Shown here piece by piece: positions 11,615-22,183 of a DNA stretch of 29,025 bases. The notes under the pieces are model-generated. The model searched no databases. It saw only the letters and a list, made by a program, of their open reading frames with translations, and had not been told where the DNA came from. Within the stretch, counting starts at the first letter, position 1, and every line of letters begins with the position of its first letter. Made by a program: the position numbers and the translations under genes. Origin of the DNA: Kondoa subrosea. Its lineage: Eukaryota. The DNA lies in assembly GCA_039545335.1 (NCBI GenBank), contig BCIN01000004.1, positions 1,602,925 to 1,631,949 of the forward strand, in the 5' to 3' direction.

Positions 11615-12955
11615 TCAGTCATACCTCTGCCTCTTTACTTCTCTAGGTGGCGCATCGTGATCCTCGTATTCTCTTCTCCTGCTGCTATCGTGATTTCCAT
11701 TGGTCTGCGCTTGAGGAGCTGGAGGTGGTGCCATCTCTCCTTGTTCAAGCTTCACTTGTGGAGCTGATGCATTAGAAACTGTTCCGTTTGCATTACGAGG
11801 TTTTGATCGCCACTAATAAAGGGTCAGCAACAGCTGAATCTGTCAAAAAAGAGGCTCACTTCGTCGATGGTAGACCTGAGGGCCAGATAACCAAGATGCA
11901 TCTATACATGCCGTCAAATAGATATCAATAGCGGAAACACAATCAGCTTACTTTACCACCGAAATGATCGGCCAAACGTCTATCGGAATCCAGAATAGAA
12001 AGATAAGCACCACAGATATCGCACACTCTGAGTTTCTGATGACCGGAAGCGCCAGAATTTTCTGTCAGTTGCTGCAATTCCCTTTCCTTTTCTTGCTTTT
12101 CCGTCTTCAATGCTTCGGCTCGAGCTAATTCCGCCATGGATTCGTCTACTTTTCCACTGCCACCAAGAGATTCGACTTCAGCCATTGTGGAATCATAAGC
12201 AGATTGAATTTCTCCGATTTCTCTCATCTGTGCTTCGACAATTAGCGCAAGGTGTCATAACACTGAGCGAATTTTCTGCGAACCAAAGCAGTAGTCTTGT
12301 TATTTTCCTCCGGTGTCTTTTCTAATCTCCTCTGAGCGGCCCTGATCCTTCGGTCGCAATCATCAACGAAAGAAATGATGTTGCGTTCGTATTCCGTTCG
12401 CATTGCAATAAGATCTGATAGAGTGTACTTCATCTCTGCTGTTGAAGTTGGATCTGAAGCTGCTGTCAAGGCTTGCTCATATTCCGTCTTTAGCTTGGCT
12501 GAATGTGCGTGAGGGCAGGCTCCTAAATCCATCTGTGACCAATATCAGTACGTGGTTGAACTAGAGTATGGATGCCGCTGACTCTAGTGTTGGAGAAGAG
12601 GTCGTGTGGACATGTACCACAAGTGAAATTCTTGCAAACCTGTAGCCAAACTATCAATGATGGCGCAGAGATCTCGGCTTGCAGGGCAGCATACCTTGAC
12701 GTCGGTCAATTTGAGATCTACTTGAACGATACCCATAGCCTGTCATACAATCATAAGGAACTCTGCAGAGCGAAACAAAGGCACACAGAAACTGACCTCT
12801 GGGCCCATTAAAGCCTCTAGCACTATCACGAACGTTTAGTGTATGTCAATAGCGCTTCGTACATGTAGCCTACGTCTGCGCTGTCCTAATACAGCAGATG
12901 TCAGAATCTGCAAAGACCCAATTCGGGGAGACCAACCTTCTGCTAATCTGCCCAT
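11615..12955 (-). CDS. LUC7: U1 snRNP-associated splicing factor Luc7
   Basis: Spliced: MGRLAEGQRRLLEALMGPE...VCKNFTCGTCPHDLFSNTRMDLGACPHAHS (ZnF1)...FVDDCDRRIRAAQRRLEKTPEE...HQKLRVCDICGAYLSILDSDRRLADHFGGKMHLGY (ZnF2)...EVKRQRYD, TGA 11615-11617. Confidence 0.95.
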
Positions 12956-13137
12956 TATCGTCCTATTGGAATGCTTCTAGAGTATGGTATAGAGCACCTG
13001 AAGGGTATTGACTTGATGCTGTTCCGGGACAAGCTCTAAGCCAATGTGCCAGCGACACTTAACAATCGCCTATGTTATCTCCATCATCCCTCTTGTTAAG
13101 TTCAGGGAGCGCGTCCTGGACAAAGCAGCGAAGCAAG

Positions 13138-14272
13138 ATGAGCAGTGAGTGACTGGCGAGACACGTGTCATTGTACTCACAGCGATCAATAGATTGGTCT
13201 GGAGGTGGTTTCATGCAGTTCGCACTTTGCTTTTATTTCGCTAAGTGTACACAAATCTCATGCGACGATGCTAGAGATCAGCCAGGAGGCTCGCAATCTC
13301 CAGGTGGTGGGAAAGTGAGCTCCATCTCTGCTCTACTATTAACCTGTATTGCTCACCAGGGTGAATGCATAGTCAAAAGACAAGAACACTATTCGACCAG
13401 TTACTATTCGTCAGCTACTCGACGCAGAACAACCTCATCCAGATGCAGACTTCACAATCGACAACACCGAAGTTTCGCAAATCTCCTTCATTGCCAAAGT
13501 CCTCAACATCACTCGAGGCACAACAAACATTTCTTACACTGTAGAAGATGGAACTGGCTCCATTGATGTCCGCAGTTGGATTGAAAGTCAAGACGATGAT
13601 ACTGGAGTGGGCGAAGGCATAAATCAAGACACTTTGGTTAGGGTGCTAGGTGGAATCAAGCTCTTCAGCGGAAAGAGGTTCATCAACGCTTTGCATGTAC
13701 ATCCGGTAACGGACATGAACGAACAGCAGTTTCATCTTTTGGAAGTCATTCATGTACATTTGCTTAACACAAGAGGGCCGCCGGTACGTCTGGTTGAGCT
13801 TCTTTCGGTGTTGAAGCTGATGTCGCCTCTTTACCTCGAACAGATTGGAGCCGGATCAGCAAACGGAGCACCCAATCGCATTCAATCTACTAATCAAGGT
13901 CCATCAGATTATAACCAACCGGCGTATGCTGCAACTCTGTCTTTGTTGTCCAACAACCTGACACTGCTATGTATAGGAACAATCAAGCAGCGACAGGAGA
14001 TCAATGGGCTGATCTGGTCAATCCAATCCAACGGAAGATCATGGCCTATTTCACTCGTTTAGGTCCGACTGATACACTCAACTCGGAAGGAATTAGTGTT
14101 TCGGCTATTGCTAGATCGACGGGATTAGCGGAAAGCACAGTGCAGGATGAAGTGGAGAACTTGATTGGGGACGGTCATCTCTACTCTACGAGCGACGATA
14201 GCCAGTAAGTCTTCTAATCAGCCGTTAGCACTGCGTTGCTGATATTTCACTAGTGTATTACCTACTTCTTAA
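13138..14272 (+). CDS. RFA2: Replication protein A 32 kDa subunit
   Basis: N-terminal GGGFM...SQSPGG; OB fold TIRPVTIRQLLDAEQPHPDADFTID...SYTVEDGTGSIDVRSW...VRVLGGIKLFSGKRFINALHVHPVTDMNEQQFHLLEVIHVHL; C-terminal winged helix EGISVSAIAR...VENLIGDGHLYSTSDDSHVLPTS, TAA 14270-14272. Confidence 0.93.
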
Positions 14273-14670
14273 GATGATGACAGAAAGAAGCACATGTATT
14301 TATAGGGTTCAGATCTTATGCAAAAGCCATCGTGTATGGCAAATCAGCAATCATCCTGTTCTTACATTGCAGGCGCTCTCCTCTGTCTCTTCTTCTGTAA
14401 TTTGCCTTTTGTCCGTCTGTGTCTATCATGGATAGTCTTTCTTCTTCTTTCGGTATGTCACATGTCTCAACTAATGTCTAAGGTCCAAGGCAGCAGCTTT
14501 GGTAATCAGCGCGATGCTGTAAGCCTATGCATTCAGGAAGTCGTGAAAAGGGAGGCAGTCACACTGCGATTTTACGATGCAGGTACAGTACATTCTCCAC
14601 TTGAAACGCAAAAAGGGCGGTACAACATCTTTAAGCGAACATAAGCTCTTCTACTCCTTTATACATTCAT

Positions 14671-16400
14671 TCAGATTTCAGGCAAAGCTCGGCACCAGGT
14701 CAAGCAGGTCTCGAAAGCCGACTGCGATAAAACAAATCAGCTCGCTGTATAAAGTCGAAGGGAGTTCGCCTACTTTAGTGATTTGCAGGTGTTCCTCTAG
14801 TTCCATTTGCAATATAGTCATATCAATCAAGTGCTGTCGCACTAATAAGTTTCATCTGGTGGAAGTCAAACATCGAAAGACAGCTTACGTATTCGGTTTC
14901 AGATGGAGACAAGCTCGTTTCGAAAACACTCTCGATAGCCAAATAGATAGCTACAGCAGCTAGATCTCGAGCAGAGTACAAGATAAAGTGACGATCTGCT
15001 GGGCGACTGCATTAGCAACCACACTCGCTTCCATAGTCCATTAGGGGAAAGATAGCTAACCTTTGGCAATAATATGCAAGATGTAATCCAATTCGCTCGG
15101 CACATAGACATACATCTCGCTATGAACAGAGTCGTTTCTTCTTAAACGGCGTAAAGTAGGCGAGACGAATTGCAATTCCTCCAACAGCGAATGAGGTGTA
15201 ACGAAAGTAACATTCCACCCAATGGTTGGCGACGAAAGGATGGTGAATTCGAGCTGCATCAAGTCTTTCGGGGTCATACATTCAGTACCTCGTTCAAATT
15301 GGTTGAACAGCTTAAGGATGGAAGCTGGTGAAGTAATGCACAAAGGGTAATGAACGTCCATCTTTGACTGCGAGGCGTTGAATATATATGCAATCACCTC
15401 TGACCAAGGGAACGTACCTTGATAGCGAGAGAAAAGCAAGCTACTGCAACTTTCAAGCAATATTTGGCTAAAGCACGTTCTGACATGTCGGTGGAATCGA
15501 CACCGAGTAGAACCAAGGTAAAGATTCGAACAGCAATCCATCGGATCTCCTCAGGTAAAGTAGTGATGTTGGCATATAAAGTATAACAAACCTGCATATT
15601 ATCGTCAGACAGGGACCGAGAGGTGCGAGAACAAGCGAGTTCACAGTGTAAAGCCAATCAGCAAACTTGTCGCGAAGGTATTGCGGTGCAGCAAGAATGA
15701 AAGTTTCCTCCCCAAAGTTGTAATCGGACTGCTCGGAATACTTCTTATCCCTGCTGAGCAAAGCTTGCAATCTGATCTTGGCTTTGTTCTTGTCCAATAA
15801 ACGGGGAAAGGCGATTAATTGAGGATCGATGTACAACCGAGTAGCAATGAAATGAGGGTCTAGACTAGGATCAATACGATAACGTCCTTCAGCAATTCTA
15901 TAAGCGCGTCGATGAGATGCTTCATCTTGTAGTTCGGCGATAATGTCCGCTGCTCTTGGTGTGTTTCCACCGTCAGACAAGCAGTACGCCGAGCCAATAG
16001 GTGATGTAGAGCCATAAGATTGAGGTGATGCGATACCTGGCGTGGAAGAGCAAGTAGAACGAGTTGAGGTGGAAGCGAGAGTGTTGTCATGACCACCATT
16101 CTGAGGTGAAGGAGAAGGGAAAGAGTCGCAAACAGGGTGAGCAGTAGCTTTCAACGCTTTTTTCTGCAAAGCATATTTGGCAATCACATCCTCGACAGAA
16201 GTGTGACGAGGTGCATTCAAGTGACCATCATCAGTCTGCTGAGTTGCTCTTGGCAAAGGAGTCGCAAAGGGAGAAGCCAACTTGGCTTCAATTTCGACAA
16301 AGTCTTGTTGTGTAAGGAACGGCTCAGCAGCAGTGATGGAGAAGACAAAAGTCTCAAGGTTTCCGGTAGGAGCAGTTGGTGTAACAGTCTTGTCGGTCAT
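14671..16400 (-). CDS. Divergent cyclin-fold protein with a long S/T-P-rich N-terminal extension
   Basis: Spliced cyclin box: LRDKFADWLYT/VC...EIRWIAVRIF...LKVAVACFSLAIK/...PKDLMQLEFTILSSPTIGWNVTFVTPHSLLEEL. Second cyclin fold: HFILYSARDLAAVAIYLAIE. Ends SAFETCLTWCRALPEI, TGA 14671-14673. Five GT-AG introns keep the frame. Confidence 0.75.
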
Positions 16401-16792
16401 GGTTCGTGGTTGGTTCAGAAGAAGAGCAAATGATAAAAGATGCTGGATCTATGTTTGTTGAAAATCTACACATGGCCATTCTTTCAATGTTAAACGTGCT
16501 TGAAGGTCGCAAAATGGGTCTGTAGAGACCGAGCAACCGCAGCAGGATGCGACTTATTGAATTGGAATGCTATAAACAACTCTATATGCTATGCAATCTA
16601 AATGACGAAACTAAACGCTCCTTTTGCAGTGATGTAGTGATTTGCGCGAATGAGCGAATGAGCGAAGCGTGAGATGAGATTTAGAAAAAGAACGGGAGAA
16701 GATAACTGCGAGTTCCAACAATGATGATTAGCTGGTCGCTGAATGGAGCTTTACGTCTACTCACAAATCGGCGGACGAGCAGTCAGCAGTGA

Positions 16793-17299
16793 CTAGTAGT
16801 CAACCAAGAACTGCCTTGCCATACCTAACAAAGAAACCTTTTCAGCTTATGCTGTACTAAACTTTCAGATTGACTTACCGACACCCTGTTCTGTTTCCAA
16901 CAAATTGTACAGCGTATTCTGATCCAGCATATGGTAAGCATCGGCTAGAGAACGCAAGACAAGGAATGTTAGAAGTCAGCTTCCATATCATTTTGCGCAA
17001 TGAGAAAGACTGCTCACCAACGCTGTCAGCTACCTTCGATACTTGAAAGCTGAACAAATAATTCTCCGCAGGTAGCATAGGCAAATCATGAACTCTGTGT
17101 TAGAAGGTCAGCACTGCTTGACAAAGGAGCGCAAAACTACTGACGAGAAAGCAACTCCCACTCTTGGGTATTGAGTGGTGACCACAATGCCGTATCCATA
17201 GCCCGATGCGAGCACGACGACGTTTCCAGGCTAAGTAAGAAGGATTAGCATCGCTTGCTGTCGGTAATCCGTTTAGCTACTTACGTAGAGATTATCCAT
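16793..17299 (-). CDS. Small hypothetical protein, 91 aa, five exons
   Basis: Start context aaacaATGG. Four canonical introns (donors GTAAGT, GTCAGT, GTGAGC, GTAAGT; branch sites CTAAT/CTGAC/CTAAC/CTGAA; YAG acceptors) splice in phase to MDNLYPGNVVVLASGYGYGIVVTTQYPRVGVAFSVHDLPMLPAENYLFSFQVSKVADSVADAYHMLDQNTLYNLLETEQGVGMARQFLVDY stop. Confidence 0.7.
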
Positions 17300-18029
17300 T
17301 GTTTCGTTCACTTTTGAGAACAGTTGCCACAGAGGTTACGATTCGACGATGTATGGGATAAGATGATGAGATGTGCGATGCTACGAACTCGATAAGGCAG
17401 GACGGTATGTATAAAGTACGTAAGAGAGACGACTGCAGTGCTTTTGGAGAATAGTCACAGCCTTAGAACAGAGCCCAATGAACAGACGCGATCGAGTACA
17501 GGGAAAGATGGTGGAGATAGAAGAGGGATTATCAGAGGAGCTCAGAGAGCCATTTGGAGTGTGTACTCGCAGAAGAAAGGTTCGGCAGACCAACTCGGGA
17601 AGACTCTACGAATGAATGTTCGCACTGACACAGCATCAAAGCAAAGCACAGCATTGTAGGTGATTGAAAGATAGATCGTCGCTGTCAGACAAGTGCACCC
17701 ACTCCAGTATGTCTCAACTTTGCCTTTCATCTTGCAAGTCTGTAATGACAGGAATTTCGTCGGTGCTAGTGCAGTCAGGTGATAGCTGCACGAAGACATT
17801 ACTGTCGTACTACTTTGCTACGGGGGTCAGCGATGAGTCATGTATGATGATAGTGCGTGACAAGAGCCGCACTGGCGAAAATCGGAGCGAGATTCGAGGA
17901 CTGGTTCAGTACAGCTATGCATCACGACGATCATACACTAATGACAATACAACAAAGCAAACAGAAGTGACAAGCTGACTTTGGCCCATCAATCCAAGAT
18001 GAAGGTTGGATGCCTCTAAAGACTCTGGA

Positions 18030-20056
18030 TCAGCTTGAATTCCTGCTAGATCCTGCATCCGAAAAGCTTACTGGTGGCTTCGAGGGAATGAAACTGAAAT
18101 CTTTGGCAGCATGCGATTTTTGCTTGCCCAACAAGCGACCAAGTAAGCCTGTTTTCGACCTGACAATTTGCACTAAAGGTATACGCCGCTTCTTGAGGGT
18201 ACGTCTTCGTCGCGGAAGAGACGGTACAGGATGAAGAGGATCTAGCGCACTGCGAATCTGTCGCAAGCTGTCGTCGAATGATGCCGATTGATGATCTCGA
18301 TTGTGTGGATATGATGCATTTGTCAATTGCGAACGTTGCTGCATGGCTGGCGTAAGAGATTGACGAGACGGATAAGGAGTGAAAGAAGACATGATGGCAC
18401 TCTGGCGAGAATGCATCGATGCCATAGACTGGACAGGGCGAAGGTGTCTGTGCACTCCACGCTGTCTTATGACACCCGATTGAGAGGTATACATCATCTG
18501 CATTGCCAAATCGTTGGGCTGAGCTACGATCTGCCGCCAATGCTGGTCTGCATCAGATTTTTGCGCAATGTTTGTGTAATTCCAAACACCATCTCGACTC
18601 CGTCGACCGGGCTGAAAGAGCTGCTCTTTTAGTTGCCATTCAGGAGGAGCAGCAGATACATCTTCCTCGTCCGGTATGATTTCGACTACATCCCAAATTC
18701 TTGTCCGGTTGGCAAAGAAGCCTGAGGAAGTAGTTGCTTGTAGATTGCGCCTTCTCACAGGCTTGTATCTTCTTTTCGGTAGAAATTTAAGATAATGTGA
18801 AGGATTGGCTGAAATAGGCCGCATTTGAGGCTGATTGGCGGTGGAAAGGAAAGAGAGTCTTTTATGATGCCCTTGTTGGACGGGATTTGATTGAAGAGAG
18901 CTAGAATTCCGAAAGAAAGATTGGGCAACGGACACAACACTTGCCCTTTTTGACCTGCGGTCCGGCATGTTTGAGTCCACGACCTCATATCCTTGATTGG
19001 CTATGCTTGATGAATTCAATGCCTTGCGAGCATGGTCCGAGACAGCTCGAGCTGGCAGTTGATCTTGGTATATCAAGTTGACAGATTTGCGCTTGGCTGA
19101 TGCATAGCTAGAGCGAGGTATGGCGCGCAAATGAGATTCTGAGACTGAAGATGGCGTAGAAGACACGAGTGCATTCGGCTGAGGTTTGACTTGATTGACT
19201 GATTGGAGCGGATGAGGCTGGGAGGTATGGTGGAGCTGGTTTTGGAAACACCCTTCGAACCGAGGCTGTACCGCTTGCAAGAGAATATCTGCAGACTGAT
19301 ATTTACTAGATGGTAGAGTAGGGAAATGTTTGGTCTGACCAGCCTACATGAGGCCTTGTATCATTACGTGCTCAGAGAACTTACAAGTGAATCTGCCGGA
19401 GTCTTGTTGTAAGCGTTTTCGACGAAGAAGATGCCTTGATTCGACCTTTTGTTTGGCTGCCCTCTCTCGGCTGACTGCTTCTCATGTTCGTTGGCTGCCA
19501 ATTGAATCCACGAGTAAGAAGGTCTTCTATAAGGTAGCTCGCTAGTCCGTTTGCTAGGCGAGAAGGGTTCAGTATCGGAATCTGAATTAATCTCTTCATT
19601 CTCGTCGCCCTGATAGGTTTGAATGATCTCTTCGTCATCGTACGTTGTTTCAGAGGTGTGCGGGAGATTATCTGTCTTCAGCGGCAAAGAAACTCCTAGA
19701 TCTTGAATTATTCGGGACCAGCGTTTCTCTGCTTCATCTAGAGCACTAATTTGACCAGTTGTCATCGTTTGGGTAGCCTGAAAAAGTAGTTGCCTTGTTG
19801 CAGTATCCGAAGTATACTTCTGGGAGTTGACAGATGTTTGGTAAGTGAACGAAGTAGCTGAAGAAGCTGCAGAGGTATCGATTGATGACCTCGGAGAAGA
19901 GATATCGCTTTCGTTGCCATATTGGCCATGTATGTATGACTTAGGCTTTTCTTCGTGGCCATTTTGCGAGAGTGCCTGCAAATTGATGTATCTGAAAGGC
20001 GCAGATGAGACTTTTGTCAAGCTGGCCTGTCGAACATGAGTCTGGGAGGCGGTCAT
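18030..20056 (-). CDS. Hypothetical, probably disordered S/Q/R-rich protein of about 660 aa, two coding exons
   Basis: ORFs 19364-20230 and 18030-19280 join in frame through a ~41-nt GTAAGT...TAG intron (~19345-19385). Likely start is ATG 20056 (MTASQTHVRQ); 20230 is an alternative. No recognisable domain. Many R/K-R-x-S motifs and basic clusters (KRRYKPVRRR, RRRRTLKKRR). Confidence 0.65.
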
Positions 20057-20712
20057 ATTGATACAGTACGCAGGCAACGTTCGAGATTCAGGCAGAGCAT
20101 AGCATTGAACAGAAGACAACACATCGCAACAAGGGGTAAGCGTCACGAACAACAGAAGTCTGCTTCTGCGAGCACAAGTGACAGTGCCAAAGAGCCGTAG
20201 ATCGTGACAGACTGACATAAAAGCAGTCATTCAGGCAGCTGAATTCTAGATAGGGAATAGCGGCAGATGTGCACTTGATGTCCTTACTTGTGGGACGGAG
20301 ACCAAATCTGTGAGCTGGTGCTATCGTCTTCGACTGTGTCTCATACTATCCGACAGATCTTTGACAGTTTCTCTTGCACGCGATAGGTATAAGAACTAAA
20401 CATTTGCGACATGGTTTGGGAAGACGTGCAGATAATGATAATTGAACGGCTCTCTTGAGCCACTAGTAGAGTCGGACATCCATACAATACTTGTGTCACT
20501 TCGCCGCAGGCAGCAGAGAAGCACGCACATATCTATAGGCTTGAATTTGCGACATCTACCTTACAACGCAATGCGATTCTGCCAATGTCACGTATGCCGA
20601 ACCCTGTGGCAGGTCAGTATACATTGCGTTACGCCGAGGAAACGGACTCACACGTGCAGAACCTTTTCCTTGTTCTGTCCACTCATAAAACGATACGGCA
20701 GAGAAGCCAATC

Positions 20713-22072
20713 CTACTTTCTGCTTCTTGTCGGCTGTCTTGTCTTTCCGCCCTCCTTCCAATAGCTCAAGAACCCAACTTTCTCCTTCGCGCTCACTTTG
20801 ACAACCTTGAGTCTATTCAGACTTGCGCAGCATTCTTCGCATTCTTTCCAATAGTTTGGTTTTCCGCTCGTTGGTGCCTCGGAAGTATTCAACCGCTTGA
20901 CTACTACTTCGCGAGATAGAAAGGGGTTGGCTAGGAGTTGTAGGAGGTGTGGAAGTGGATTGAGAGGGTAAGGAATTGGTAGCACTGCTGTGCTTTTCAG
21001 AGGTGTCGGCACTTCATGCCTGACAATATAATGAGCTTGTTGTGTAGCATATGGATTATACATAAGCTCGCCTGAAGGAGTAGATCCACGTTGTACATTT
21101 TGCTGGCAGTACACCCAGATCATAGAAAGGCAACACAGCACGATTGTTGCTGGTAGTGAGCTGCATAGAGATTCAGTTCAGAGCAGTCTTCTACGTAGTG
21201 AATATACCTCAGGCTGAGGAAGGAGTATCAGATACATATCATGAATAGGAAAAAGAATGCTCACAAACACGCAGATAGGCCCTGAACTCTTGTCTAGCGC
21301 CTCGCTCAAGCTCATGCAGGTTTTATCGGCTGCAGCATATATCGGAAGACGACCTGAGCGAAAAGCAAGCTTCAAGAGACCAGCTCTTTGAACTCCGACC
21401 ACTTTAAAGTCCTTGGACATGACAGGAAGGTAGAAAGTAGGGTCATGTCTGCGCATTTTCAGAGAGCTGAATCATGCTTGGATCGTGTACTGACTTGAAG
21501 ACTAGGTACAAGACTTCGATATAGCTTGTCCAATTCGATAGGATGAGATCGCCTTTGCGTGGATTGCTTACTTGCGGCGGCCGTCTGAAGCTCAGGGATT
21601 AGCAGCATTACATACGAAGTTGGAAGCCATACCCTAGCGATCTTCGAGCAGTAGACAGTGACTTATCCGCATCTAAGGTGACCCAATAGTAGCCCAGAAG
21701 CAGCAAGATTAAGCGACACAGCCCTCCATTGATTGCTTGTGAGAGAGGCCGATGTATTGCAGGCCAGAGAGACTGTCGCATTTACTTGAGCTGTGTGGCT
21801 TCGATGCATCTTCTGCTCACCAGAATCAACAAAGTATCGCCCAAGATCAACTTGATCGGTAGAATCAGCAATACCAAGAGCAAGCGTAGCGTTCCAATGA
21901 GCCAGAAGACAGGTTGCAATGCAGTGAGAACTGGAGGTGCTTCAGAGAGCGCCAATGGTATAGGTCGAATGAAAGGAGCAAGTCCTGATTGACAAATTGC
22001 TTAAGAGCTGCAGGCAGTCTAGTACAGTAACTCACCTGTAGCGCCATCTCTCCACGTCGAGTACTTTTCCAT
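20713..22072 (-). CDS. LOA1: Lysophosphatidic acid acyltransferase Loa1/Vps66
   Basis: Family-typical N-terminus MEKYSTWRDGATGLAPFIRP, a hydrophobic segment, GDLILSNWTSYIEVLYL, DPTF, GPICVFPE/LTTSNNRAVL acyltransferase motifs, and C-terminal LNRLKVVKVSAKEKVGFLSYW. Confidence 0.88.
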
Positions 22073-22183
22073 CCAAGACTCCTCGGCGCTCGCTCGTTGC
22101 TGAACAAGCGATGCTGCGTCTTGTCACGAAACCGTCATTGCGGGCACAAGATACCTCATTGACAAGGACATACCATATCGGAG

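Noticed and set aside
14253..14963. Plus-strand ORFs after RFA2
   Set aside because: They lie in the RFA2 3' region or antisense to the cyclin's last exons and show no motifs.
16646..16680. Short tandem GCGAATGA repeats and a nearby ATGATGA (box C-like, 16721)
   Set aside because: Only about 2.5 copies, and there is no suitably spaced box D or terminal stem to support a snoRNA.
17381..17978. Several 70-104 aa ORFs between the orphan and the hypothetical gene
   Set aside because: No coherent splice pattern, protein-like composition or family motif; treated as intergenic or UTR.
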